The notes below the pieces were generated by a model. It made no database searches. It saw only the letters and a program-made list of their open reading frames with translations, and had not been told where the DNA came from. A DNA stretch of 61,695 bases, filler included, from Choristocarpus tenellus KU-1152 (lineage: Eukaryota; Protista; Phaeophyceae): the NCBI GenBank assembly GCA_964200185.2. It is 7 parts of 7 records of this genome, joined end to end, with 100 filler letters (N's around TTAATTAATTAA, not from the genome) between each part and the next. Parts side by side here need not be neighbours in the genome. Positions count along the whole stretch, not along the records: positions 1 to 27,206 come from CAXNAD020000148.1; 6 more parts are not named here. The stretch is one strand, 5' to 3'. The translations under genes were made by a program, and so were the position numbers. This document shows, one piece after another, positions 1 to 13,300 of this stretch (its first letter is position 1; every line of letters starts with the position of its first letter).

Positions 1-23
1 CCCCTCCCAGATACTTTGGGTCA
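1..23 (+). repeat. Right inverted-repeat end of the MITE-like family at contig start
   Basis: CCCCTCCCAGATACTTTGGGTCA; related ends occur at 22151-22198, 48436-48452 and 58965-59009. Confidence 0.6.
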
Positions 24-59
24 GTTGCGTACAAGGGAGCAGTCATCTGGCATGTGACA

Positions 60-365
60 CGTAAATCGAGACCAAGCTACTTCTTCCCCCACAGTTGCCA
101 AAATGCTTGTGGAACCCTTTTCCCTTGGGCACACTGAAGAACGTGAGCAAGTCTATTTATCTTTTCAACATCAACAGGCACTCATCAAACTTCATCAAAT
201 CACAGGCTTATGCCTCAAGTACCGTGCTGTCACGATCCCCCCCTCCCTCACCCTCCACTTCTGTACAGGTTTTCACATCCATGCGGACAAGAATTTTGTC
301 CTTGACGGGGGTCTGCTGCACCACAATGTTCAGTTTTTCGCACAAAGCAGCATCCTTGCCTGTCT
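60..365 (-). mobile_element. Decayed non-LTR retrotransposon (RTE-like LINE) AP-endonuclease fragment
   Basis: The minus-strand frame reads KDAALCEKLNIVVQQTPVKDKILVRMDVKT...VLEA*ACDLMK...*IDLLTFFSVPKG. This is collinear with the LINE endonuclease segment KDxF..L...V..P..D.L.V.MD.NA...VLG.YG.D...N..G..LL...NTFF..PKG. It has in-frame stops. Confidence 0.6.
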
Positions 366-1316
366 GAAAACCTACTCTACAATGAAGGTAATTTCAGTTG
401 AACTGCCTACTAGCCGTAATCGGACCTTCACTCTCCACTCGTCGAACTACTCTACTTTATTGGCGGCCTGTTTTTAGGAATGATTCATTTAATGTCACTC
501 CCGCTCCTTGAGTGCCCCTGCTTTTTGGCACCCCCACTTCATAGCACCAAGTAGTCCAGGTCGATAAAGTTAGAGATAAATTTTTCACCTTACGTTGTCT
601 CTTTGAGTCTAACCAAATCGTCCTCAGAAGCCCAAGCCCGTCTCATCAGTACCGCCACATACCTCATTCCATTATTGCTATTCACATGTTTTCAACATTC
701 TTCATGTTTTCAACATACCAGGTCGCCATGGCGAGTTCTCTGTTTCGATTAATCTGAGCTGTCGCCTAAGAAATAGTGACCTCTCTGCTGTACGAGACGC
801 GTGGTCGTACCCTCTCTCGGTCGACTGTTTTCTTCTCTCTTCCTTTCTTTCTCTAGACTACCTCCATTCATCCTTTCTTCCCCTACTCTGTGACTGGTCA
901 CCTCAAAACTCAGAGCCAACATAGAAATCCCTCTCATTCCCGAATCAGGCAGCTAATCGTCCAGGGCACTCCAAAATGAAGCTAAATTAGCCATGTTTTC
1001 CACGTGGTGTCTTAACACCCGCAGGACTCTGTACGTCTCGGTGATGTTTCACCTTCCTCCTCCCAACTGAATGTCAGGTACTTTATATCAGATTCAGGGT
1101 CCTTAGTATGTACCAAAAACATTGTAAATCAATCTCAACCAATAACATACAAGGAAAATGGTATGTGGATTGTAGTTATGGTCGTGGTGGCGCTCTGTGG
1201 CAGATCAAGTTGAACATGAGATTAACCACCACATACCAACCTTCAAAAGTTCAGACATTGTCACTTCGGAAGTGCCACGGGTGTGCCGTGGTGCAAGCCT
1301 TGCTGAGGGAGAAAAT

Positions 1317-4300
1317 ATGGACATTGAACCAGTATGGATGGTGCAGGTATGTGGAACGAACGTAGCTCAATGAACCGAGGATAAATTCTTTACTAGGGTC
1401 ATCGCTTGTCTTTCGGTTGAGGAAACATAATTATACCATTGTAGCCTGTCTGTAGAATGAGGAGCCCCGATCGACATCGTCTTTGAACCAGGAACCTCTA
1501 AGATGAACAATCACCTGAACATGGTGCTGGTTATGTCGAGATGTACACGAGAATAACATGTCTACGCGCTGAGGTATTCAAAAATTGGTGGGTTTTCTTA
1601 CGCACAACAGTTGGAATCGTTGCAATTGGGGAAGCACACAAACAATCGCCATGTTTACAAATGTGCCATTATTGATAGCTTGCCCTAACCCTGAGTTGGT
1701 GAGGGTTGTCATCGATCGGCGGACGATCGCATCTGTGCAAGATTGCATCTGTGCAAGATCGCATTTGTGTAAGATCAAACTATTTCCGTCTTCCACCAAT
1801 TGACCTACTGCCAAACACAAAATCCAACACAGGCGCTGCCAGATCCCTCTGCAAGGCAGCCATCCCCCGATTCTCAGGAAAAAGTCCGCTGGAATTCCTT
1901 TCCATCCTGTGACAACGAAATGCTAGAAGAGGCTCACAATGGTGGAAAGGGGTATCGCGGTGAAGTACTGGTGTATGGACGGAAGTATGTGGTGGACATG
2001 AAGGTGCGGGGTTCTGCTTTCCTTTTTGCCACAACTTCCACTCCCGTGCAAATTTTACCAACGCTTGAGGGTTTTCTGTCCCATGAGATCTAATACACGC
2101 GTGAATTACTTAACTCGATTTCGTTGCTGTTCCACTACATCAGTATATGGTGTCGGACCTGTTCCTGTCAAATCCCCATACCCAATCGTATTGCTACTGG
2201 CATGCCGATGTCTTCTATACAGGAAAGACCTCGTCAGTGGGCAAACAAGAACTCATGGAGCATCAATGGAACAAGGAAATTATATTGCCTTAGTTGCGGT
2301 ATTGAGAAGTGTAAGAATTTACCTCTGCAAAGCCTTAATACCTACTATCATTTGTCACCTCACAAGTCCATTGTCAACTTGATCTCCAACCTCATCAAAT
2401 GCATGAGTACTACCCTAACCTCCGTATCTGAACTGATATTTTACAAGAGAATGAAGCAGATCTAGAGCCAACTGCAGCCTGAGAACCCCACTCTAAGTTG
2501 GCAGTGGCTTGATCCCTGCTTTGCCTACTGATGTGCAGGACCTGTGATAATTTTCTTGTCGTTTACTTGAAAGACCAAATAACCTAGTCAATGCCAAAGC
2601 ATAGTCCAATTGCTCCTAGTTCAGCTACATTCTGAGAAAAGACTTGGTAGTAGCCTAGTTTCCGTACAGAGAATCGCAGATGTGAGCTCTGCTTGGATTT
2701 GGTGACCTTACGTGCATTGTAGTCACCTCATGAGGAAGTACCTATGGATTATGGGTAATAGATAACTTGGACTGCACGACTGGGGTGATGGATATTGTCA
2801 ATCTTCTATTGAGAGTTGATGCGAGAGACTGGTGCTGTGGTTTGACTTGGTTTGTGCACAGGATGGGAAGATAAATCCCCCCTATCAGCCACGAGACTTT
2901 TTTTTGTAACACTATTAATATAGCGTTCACCTTGTTAAGCTGTTTTCAACTCTTATGTTCCAATTCTGTTCCTTCACAAGCCAGAATTCACTAAGCAATA
3001 GACATTGGTACTAGAGGCAGGCATGTCGACATAGTTTGCTGATGTGTATTGTATTATATGTGCGATTACGTGAATGACTTTATATTTGTATGTCAATGAA
3101 TCTTTGTGTGTGTGTATACCCATACATGTATTCGTGTGTCTATGGTACCTTGCTCGTGCAGCAAATGACAATGAGACCCTTGTATTGGAATGAAGAGATG
3201 GACATCAGACCTGTGAGAAGAGGAACATACTTCTTGAAGTCAAGCAATGGGAGCTGGTGCCCGTATGACTCTGAGGACTCAAAGATTATTGAGGTGAGAT
3301 TAGGGGGGAAGGCAACATCAAAGGGGAAAAATAGAGGGGATTGGTGAGAAGCATGGTGTTTCTGTTATATTGTTGGTTTGAAACAGGAGAGGTCATACAA
3401 CTACACGTTTCGACGAAGAGGTGATGTTGAAGGTATTATCAGCCTTTGTTTTCATGCTCCTAGTCTTACACCTTGAGTGCATTGATAAGTAGACTATCTT
3501 GGGGAAGGGGGGGATTGGTGGGGTTGCTGGACCCATGGAGAACGAGTGTGAATGTGATCCTCAGTTACAATTGGAGGGAGAGGCTGTTCTAGACTGCCTT
3601 GAGCTCGTCAAGTGACTGGAGATGATTTCATATTGGGTTGTTTGTTAGAGTAGGGTTAATATGTTTGATTAAGAATAATATGCAGTCATTACCTTTTGCC
3701 TTGGCTGGTCCAGGGAATTTTTTCGAGGAAAGTAGAATTCATATAGTTAATTTGCAGGTAAGGATGGCGGCAATCTTAATGGAATTGTCTTACTTGGTCT
3801 AACTTGGACCTTGCCATGCATTATCCGTTCACAATCAGGGACAAACCTGCAGCAAATTGTTGATAGCTGGTCAATTTGAAGCACAAACTGCTAATTATCT
3901 CTGATGTTGCTGCAAGAGTTTGCAGCACCAGATATGGCAACCTAGTCGATTTCTTGTGTCCCCATAGAGGGTGCCCCCTTGAGTTGCTTGAGTTAGGTAA
4001 TATTATAATTGGGAGGATTGGATTCTGATGGTATTAATAGCATATGATGCCTTTCTGTATGAGTGGTGGCCGTTGCCGATATTTTTCATCTCTTGGGGAG
4101 ACTGTAGGTCTTTTTGAGCCTTACCTTGAGTGATGCCAAGATTGCACAATAGATTCCATTATATGAGCAGTAATATGTGCTCCCGTGGAACAATCTGCGT
4201 ATCACATTGAACTAAGTGGATAAGTTCGCACTGCGGCCTTCAGTTTCCCCTCAATATTGTTCAATCTCATCTTATAGTATCACTAGTACATGGTGGTGTT

Positions 4301-7300
4301 AGGAGAGAGAAGTGTGTGTGCCGTTACTAATTTGTAGTTGCACTATTGTCTGTTTCATGGTTGCAGAAACTGTTTGAGCAACTGATGACATGGGGCTCTT
4401 TGGTGTATGATACTGCTTGATACATTGTAGTGGGGTGTGATATGTGGCATTGTGATATTTGAGTAGTGTTTTTTGGTATGATTTTGGTAGTTCAAATTGG
4501 ATGGGACTGCTTTAAGTTGCGCTGGGTGAACAAAGCTTTGTTGTGACGAGATGGGTTTTGATATTAGTGTTCAGGTGTACGACTTACCCATGAGTATCTG
4601 CTGGTAAGCAAGTTGTATGTGTTGAGGTGTGACTGGACAGGAGGGTGAATAGACCTTTTGGCGTAAGTATTATATTTAGTTATGCTTTGAACATTATGTA
4701 TGTCTTAGATTCTTGTTGTAGCATTTGAAGTACATTGTGTTTAGTTAACAAGACGATTTTTCCTCACACGGGTGTGCTCAAATGTCGACCATTGTTATTA
4801 TTTCTCAACCGGTGTAACTTTGCTTTTCGTCTGTTATTTTTTTTTCAATGTTTGGAGTGTATATCTATTTTAGCTCACCTTCCTGTGCTTTCCTTCCCTA
4901 TATTGGTATAAGGGTTAGGGTTGGAATGCACTCCATATGCGAACACTTCTTCTATGAACGTCTACTTCAGAACTCCCTGGGAATTGTTCCATAGTATGCT
5001 GGAAAGTGATTATTGGTGAACCTCAACTGCAGCCATGTGCGTTTGTGTGTGTGCGTTTTTTTATGGAAGCTACAACAAGGTAGAGATGGGAATTCACTTC
5101 TCGCTTTTGTACATCGCTGTGTCTCAAACTCATCTTGTGTTGCTTGCCATGCAGGACCTTTACTCCTCTGCGGTTCCTGCCTTGAAGGACCAAGTAGAAA
5201 TCGAGACAACTCTGCACGATGGACAGCACAAGGTGTGTCTTGCATTCCCTGTGTTGAGTGTTTCTGTGTGGGTGTATTGCAGTTGTAGTTGTGGGTGGGG
5301 CTCTCTTCTCTTTGTTGGTGTACCTGCTTGAGTTTTTTCCTGTTTGTGCCATTCCCTGTTACACCTATCCTTCTTTTTTTTTATGACCTCCTGGGTAGAT
5401 TTTTTAGTGTCGACTCTGTCTTCGTAAATTTCAACTGTCCTCTCACCATATGCACCCATGCATTTCATCCAATGTGTATGCAAATGGATGTGTGCGTCTG
5501 TGTGAAGGTGGCTATCAAGAAGACGAGAGGCTCCAGGGTGGACCCAGGGGCGAAGGAGCGAGGGGAGGACTTTGTCCTGGAGATACGCCAGAGGTGAGAG
5601 CCAGTGTTGTTGGAAGAGAGATGTTGTTCTGAGGAGACCTTTGAGAGAGATTATCCCTCGCTGTTGAACTTCAATTGCCTCGTAGCCTCATGACTGTTGA
5701 TTAAGAATATCAGCAACACAGTGGTGATTATGAGAGAGGGAGCTGTGTGGCTGACCTCAAGACATGCTCATTGGTTTCTGTGCTGACCAGGCAAGGGCAA
5801 TGTGGCTAGTGCCTGGGATTGGTGGTGCTATAGAGGGCTTTGGTTCAGGCTACTGTTCCAATATGTAGTATGGCTGTTGTTTTGTGTTTACAAGATGTGG
5901 TGTGCCCATCATTGTACTTCAAAATATTTCTTAGTTGCTAGTTTGTTAGTAGAGGAGCACTGTACCTTCCATGGGGCTTTGTGATTCTTGGTGCACGTTT
6001 TCTGTTGAATCAAAGGGCTTCTATCAACACAAATTTAACTTTTTGAACACACTGGAAAGCACCTCCAATTAAGTTGCTGACTGATGTTCACACCACATTT
6101 GATCTGAGTTGTCTGCTTGCATTGACAAACACTACTGTGTTGAGTGTTTGGTATCATCTTAAGCAATGAGTCTTCTATGTAAGTGATTGCTTAGCAGTTG
6201 CAAGCAATGGACAGGGGGCCCTACACATAGTGGTTGGTGTAGAGGGTCTCTCTTGCCGTAGATAGTTCAAGAATGACTATTGGTCTGGGCTGACTGCTGT
6301 TACAAGCCTGACAGGCTACAAGGGTGTTCCTCTGACTGAAGTCATTGCCCTGGTGAAAGGATTCACTATTGGGCGCTGTAGCACAATATTTTGTGATCCC
6401 AGTATTTACTATCTGCGTATATGTGTTGTGCATAGTTATTCAATATATTTCATCTTCAACACTTTTTGTGTTGGTGTACATCAAGTATTGCATGGATGTG
6501 TTGCACCTGATACCAAGGCAAAGTACATAACTGGATTTGTGTTCTCGGTCACTCTATTGCTCTATTTCTGTTCAGGTAGAGAGGAGTTAGTTCCATAATA
6601 TTCTTTGTTATTGTCATGGAAGTCAGTGGCTAAACCAACAGTTGAAACCTAGGGAACAAGGAATGTTCAATATCTCTTTGCTTTCTGTGTTTATTTGTTG
6701 TTTGTTAATCTATTCTTTTTTTTCCAGAAAGAGCATGATGTCAGTATTGGGCTACTCCATTGGGACCGTCCAGCAGGTGGTCTACCGTGGTCTCCCTCCA
6801 GGTGGTGTGGAGGCCAAGACCAAGGGAAAAGAAAGTAGTCAAGGACTGAATAAGAAGATGCAGCAGAGCTTGGCCCCACAGCACCTTGTGTTCTTGGTTC
6901 ACGGCATTGGCGAACGCATGGCAAGCTGCCTTGTACATTTGAGACTTTATAGTAGGGGTGTAGATATGGGGGAACACTTTGATAACGTTGGGTGGGAGGG
7001 TTTAGTTGGAATTAGGGGTAAGGTTGAGGATATTTTGTGGGTGAGTATTAACAGATGCAACGGAAAGAGAGGAATCTATAGTGTGGGGATGTGGATATAA
7101 ACGTATGGGTAAGTTAGGGGGTGGGAAGGGAGATGGTGTAGTGTGGATTCATGGGGTTGATGGGAAACTAAATAGTCTTTTCATGACCTGCCTTGATTAT
7201 TATTAGAGTTAACTATTTGTACAATGCTAGAATAACCTTTTGCAGTCTCCCAGAAGTATATATGATAGGTGTAGCACGCCCTCTCACTATGAGTCTTCAG

Positions 7301-10300
7301 TGATTTGTGTGGAGTCATTATTTGACTTCACTAAGCTTTAAAAATGTCCGAATATTTGTATTTCACATGTCGTCAAAAAAGGCACATTTTGCAAAAGCGC
7401 TGTGACTCTGATTCTCCCTTAAACACGCATAGCTCTAGGCCTGTCACTAACTCCACCATCTAGGAGCCAGCTGCTGTGAAGATATCCAATACTACCTTGG
7501 GTTAACAGTTTTTTCATAGCGATTCCTTTGGAGTTCAAACTTTCCTTGGTGGGTATCCGATTTAGTACACAGTGCAACACGGAGTGTAATGTAAAATGTG
7601 AGGTTTTTTCTTCTGCCCAGTTGGTGCTTCATGTGCTTTCATTTTTATTTTCGGAAATCAGATACCACTGGACACGCTCCTGCCTATTAGTGCCAATTCT
7701 AAAGAGCATTTAGGCACCTTCTATCGATTCAGGACTTTTGCTTTGCCCTTGTCACTCATTTACACATCTTCCAACCCCCTGCCAGTGGTCCAAGGGCAAC
7801 AATGTAGGGATGCCCAGCCTTCGGAAGCAGTCCGATGATCTGCGGGAATCTTCTGAACGCCTTCTAGAAGAGCTATGCATACAAGACTCTGAGAAACTCA
7901 AGCTTGAATCCGTGGCATCTCCTGAAGGGTCAACCGATCTGGGGGCAGGTTTCATTGAGTTCCTACCTGTCGAGTGGTATGATGAGGTGACCACTATTTT
8001 TGGGCAGAAAAGAGGTGTGCTATTTCTTCTCGTCAAAGCCTTGTTCGCTTGGTAACTTACGACATTGTTTTTGCTTTTTCGAAGTATCTTCTCCAGTGCT
8101 CTAACTCTTAGTAGTTTGGTTTTGACGTTTGTCTCCGCAACTTCAGCATTGGGTAGGATTCTTCCCGCTCATCTTGTTGGTTTTGACGTTTGTCGATGAT
8201 TGGTCTCTACCAGAAGTTGATGTTGGAACAACATGGTTGCATTTCTGTATGGGTATGTGTTTACCGATAGCTGCGTCTTAAAGAGGCTAATCTTGAAGCA
8301 TTTGGCAACTTATAGTCCATTCAATTCTTGTTGTGAAGTTTTCCTTCCCACTTGCCCTCCCACCATATTTCTGTGTCTATCAACAGTGTACTTTGGGGCA
8401 GCATTTGCAGTATATACACCTCTTGGGTGTGCGCAATTATAAATTGTTTATGTAAAACATTGTTCAGAGAGCTATCTACTGAGCGTGCTGATCAAAGAAC
8501 TTCCTCTATTTTTGGATCCTGGCTTCGAATTGATCTAGCACAACAGTATCATTGTTCAGACCTTAAATGTGTTGACTTTTTGTTGCTACAACAGGTCCAT
8601 CAGAGTGGTGGAGAGAAGGGTGAGCACAACGGCATAGACAACAATCTAAACAGGATCTCTCTTCCCAGCATTCCTGCCTTAAGACAATTTGCCAACGAGG
8701 TGCTCATGGATATTATGTACTACCTGACACCTAGGTATGTGTGCATTCTATGCCTGGTAACTGCTCCGTAGCAAGTTACTCAATCCATTTGGTAATGTAG
8801 GGTACAAATATATTGTATTACTCTCCGTAGATATGTACTGAGAAGTAATATGTTTGCTGCTTGTTGAACTATCCCAGGGTGGGCCCTAGCAGACACCAAA
8901 GTTTCTATCATTTCATTGATTCAGGGACCATAGCCAGTAAAGCAATAGTGGAAGAATCTGAAAGTGCCCTGATTGTAGGTTCACCTGTATTGATGCATTT
9001 TCCTCCTCCACTCCTTCATTTCCAACCTATCATACATCAAAGGTTGTATCAATTGCTTGGTGTAAACTGCATTTTCTGTTCATCTTTTAGTGCACGGAAA
9101 TAATGACCTTGGAGGTACATCTGCATTTAAATCTCCTGCGTACAAATTGTTCCTGTTGAAGATGTCCACCGCCTTCATCCCAAATCTTTGTGTAGAATGT
9201 GTGGGGGGTGACAACTTAATTGATGCTTGCAAGTCACCACATGCCCCAAATGTCTATCCAATGGAAGTAACTAGGCACCATATATGATCTAGAGATATGC
9301 TACTACTGTACTCTTATTGGTGTACAAATCCGAAGCACTTGATATGAGCAGTAAAATCGACCCTCATAGAAGAATCTATCATTTGAAAGAGCTAAAATTG
9401 ATTCAAGTTTGAGCCAAAGCATCCTAGAGGGGGGTGCAGTTGATCTTGAGGGACTTCTGTGACTGCCCTTCTGAATTTCGAATTGTGTGTGGGATCGTGT
9501 GTTCAGGAAATGGCAATTCCTTTATCTAGAAACACCTTCTACATCCGTAGTTCCCTGTCCCTGATGGGGATTCCCAAATTGGGAAATGGGGGTGTCAGGC
9601 ACAACAATTTGTAAGCCTCCTTCTGATCAAACTGACCAAAATCATCTCCCTCTACAATGCCATGGGTCAACTCTGATACACTAATAGCTTGGAATGGACA
9701 GATTGCATTATTTGCACCTCCTTGAGTATTCCATTTTTGCTCTGGGACCCTCATAGTGCTTACCCCTCAGTCAAGTACTGTCAAGGTCCTTCGTGTGATA
9801 AAATGTTTGGGCGAGTGATGACAAAACTAATAATACCTTCCCCTTGTTCCTCCTCTATCAGGCTAATGAATATTATCGTTGAAACTGTGGCGTCCAAGAT
9901 GAAAAGAATGTTTACTACCTTCTCGAAGTACAACCCAGACTTTCACGGAAAGGTTAGTAGCCCTGATGTGAATGTACATTTTTTCTTCTTCTTGGAGCAG
10001 GACTATGTTGACACGGTCTTTCACCTTCTGTGTAATAAACTTACTGCTTGTTTTTCCTTGACATATCTTTCCTGGTATGTTGAGTATAGCCCGTTACTAT
10101 TGCTGACCGAACAATGTTGCTACTTGGCTCAGGTTGAGGTACAGTTGGAATGTTATTTGTCTGTAAACAAGTCAGAGTTTGATTCTGATACGAGATGCAG
10201 GAATTCTTCCTGCCGATTAAAGCCAATCAAATACAGCAGAGATCCAGGCAATAGTGTCCAGTAACAAAATTAGTTCTTATTTAGAAGAGGAAGACTTCTT

Positions 10301-13300
10301 ATTGGTATCTTGAAGGTGCAGTGCTCAGCCCAAGCAGTTCCCTCTTGAAGTATCATGTAGATATTGGTTGGAAGAGCCTGATGTCAGTTCCTGTCTCCTG
10401 GTGTTGTACTACGAGTCCTATTTGCTTTAGAGGAAGGGGCGGCTGGTGGCATTGTTTGGGAAATGGAAGCGGGCGCTGCCCCCCTGCACATGGGGTGTGT
10501 AGTAGGGAAAATGAGGTCATATGATAATAGGGTGACTTCAGCAACAACTTCTAAGAAGTGCAAAGTGCTTCCGCTTCATTTATAGTCCTGAGCTTTGTAC
10601 ATTGGCATGTGATTTCATGAATATTGGACGTGGATAGAGCATGTGAAGAAATCCCTTTTAGTCGAAGGAATAGACAAAGGTACATGAATATATATTGCTT
10701 CATTGTTCAAGCCTTCTGATATTATATACTCATGATAGCAGCGACTTAATATTTTGCGGCTCCATGTTGGATGAGTCGATATTAGTATCTTCTCAAATGC
10801 TGATATCGTAATTATTGCTTGCATTACATTGTGGGTTGAAAAGACAACAGTACCAATCCATCAACAATTGAATTATGCTCCTATCCCCCCCCCCAATAGA
10901 GTCGCAGGTACCTCAAATATCTTAAATCTCTCATATTTAATATTTTTTTCCCCATTGAGACTGGTCCATAGTAATGCTTGACCGGGGAGGTAGGAGTGTA
11001 CATGTGACTTTCAGTGTGTAATGCATACCTACAGCTTGGCTTGCTGCTATGGGGGCTGCAGTAGCCTTCTTGTCCAGCCCCCGGAGGTGTGTGTATGTGT
11101 GGGTGTGGGTGAGTCTCTGTACTCAACCTGTTGGACGGGTGATGCCCTTAAACCTCAGTCTGTAGGAACATACTCCTTGATTTGGGTGTGATAAGTCTGA
11201 AGGGAGTTGTGGAGTTAGTCTTTATCTGTGGAAACTCGGATTTTGGGGGGGGCATGTCGGTCCTTACAAAAGTATAGTATGACGCAATGACATCCTGATT
11301 CGCACGACATTATGGAAGTGGTTGGGTACCGATAATAAGGAGAGGAAGCGACTAAGTTGATATAGTGTAAGGGAATGTTTGCCTTTTCCATTACGTTTGA
11401 TTCCATACTGTTGATTATTTAAGTTTGTAACTTGTGAAGCATGGAGAGCACCTACCAAATATCGTCTCTTCTCCTTTACGCCATCCCATATTTGCAAGTC
11501 TGTTTGCCCCTCAACTCAAATTGGACCAATTTAGATTCAGTAAGCCTCTGTTGTGTCAGCCAAGTTTGGTGCCAGGTGCTGCACCTATGACACCCCCTTG
11601 AATCAATGAGATCAGCTACAAATTGTGGCAGTCTACATGTTAGGCAGGTGATGTTATGAGGGAGATCCTTGAGAGAGGTTTCAGTGAAGTGATATTATAT
11701 TATAAGATCTTGTTGTACCCGTAGAGTGTAGAATCCAAACTTTACAGGTGTATTGCCATTTCCGGGTGGTGTTCAACAGTTTCGATGTTGAGGAGTTTCA
11801 CCCTTTGCGCATGCAGCACCAATGCATGGCACCAATTCATCTGATCATTAATGTTCTCTTCAGGTGATCATTATGGGACACAGCCTTGGAACCATCATTA
11901 CATATGACATCCTTAAGGCACAGCCGCAGGGGAAGCTGAATGTTTCCATGAACTCACCAACCCTGGAAGTGCCAGTGCTAAAGTGGGTGGCCTACAGGAT
12001 CACAGGGGTTTAGGGAAGGGTGTCATTGATGTATCTGAATTTGTCCATACTTGTGGCAATAACACATTGTTTCTGTGCCTAGGAAGATAGCATTTTCGTG
12101 GTATGTATTCCTTTGCTCCTTCCTCACATTTAACGTCAAGGATAACTACCTACATACAAGCAGAAGGTATTCTACAAATCAGATTTCTCCTGCCAGTGCA
12201 CAATATCGCTACCCTTTTGTCTACTGGATGAAACAGTTCTGTACACTTTGGCCATATATTGTGGCGTGTTGCTCATCAAGTGAAATTACTGTGCTTGAAT
12301 ATGCTGAATATTGACTTGGGCAGCTGCAACAATTGTGTGTTTGCCTGTGTGTACTGATAAACCATGCACACATAGAAATGAAGTATAGTGTCAACAGACT
12401 CATGCAAAGTCAAACAAAAAGGAGTTGTGTCAATGCCGAATGGCGATCTCAACCTAAATGGATGCATGCACAATACCTGAAGTAGGTATAGTTTGAAATG
12501 TCTATCCGAATAGATTGACAAGCAACCACACAGAATATATTGTAGTACAAACATATGGCGAACTCATACATACGTGTTTAAGCTTCAAGATTGTGACTAC
12601 ATCGCGAATGCTTGGGTGCAGCTTGTTTCCTTTACCATGTGTTCATTATGGGTGGTGGGTAGACTTCTGAACATTTTGAAAACACCGTGGGGGGATAAGT
12701 ATATCCAGTGCCTATTCCATGCTAGGTATCTATGCCCTAACCCTACGGGTATGGCTCCTTCACTTACTACTCAAATCTAAATATTGACAATACCAGTTAA
12801 TCCGTACTTCGTTATTGCTCTCAACAGCTTTGAGCCCTGTGCGTTTGTGGCATGCGGATCACCCATTGGAGTGTTCCTCACTCTGCGAGGGGGAGCAGAG
12901 GAGGGTCTTGACCTAAGTTTCCCTACCACACCACACTTCTACAATGTGTTCCATGTGAGAGTAGCCCCAGGCGTAACTCTTTGCTTCTATTTCATGTGCT
13001 CCTGGTAAGTTTTGTGCATTGGAAGTGTAGTTCTTATCCCCATTGCCAAATATGTAGTAGTAAAACAAAGAGTGCACAAATTGTACATATGGGTTACACG
13101 TCTTTGCTTATGCTCTATGCAATTCCATTTTATGTGCTCAAAGCACATGCCTGCTGAAGTGCATCTGATCATAGACAGAACTGAATACAGGTATGGGCGT
13201 AGATGTTCTTGTGCTTATGTTGACCCTTCTAGAGCATAAACATTATTATTTGCTCAACTGTCTCAAAGGGTTATAGTGATTAAACCTGCAAGCCCAATCA

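Noticed and set aside
590-940. Possible divergent minus-strand first exon (MRYVAVLMRRAWASEDDLVRLKET|GTAAGG)
   Set aside because: It is short, has no recognisable homology and has no downstream exon within the contig.
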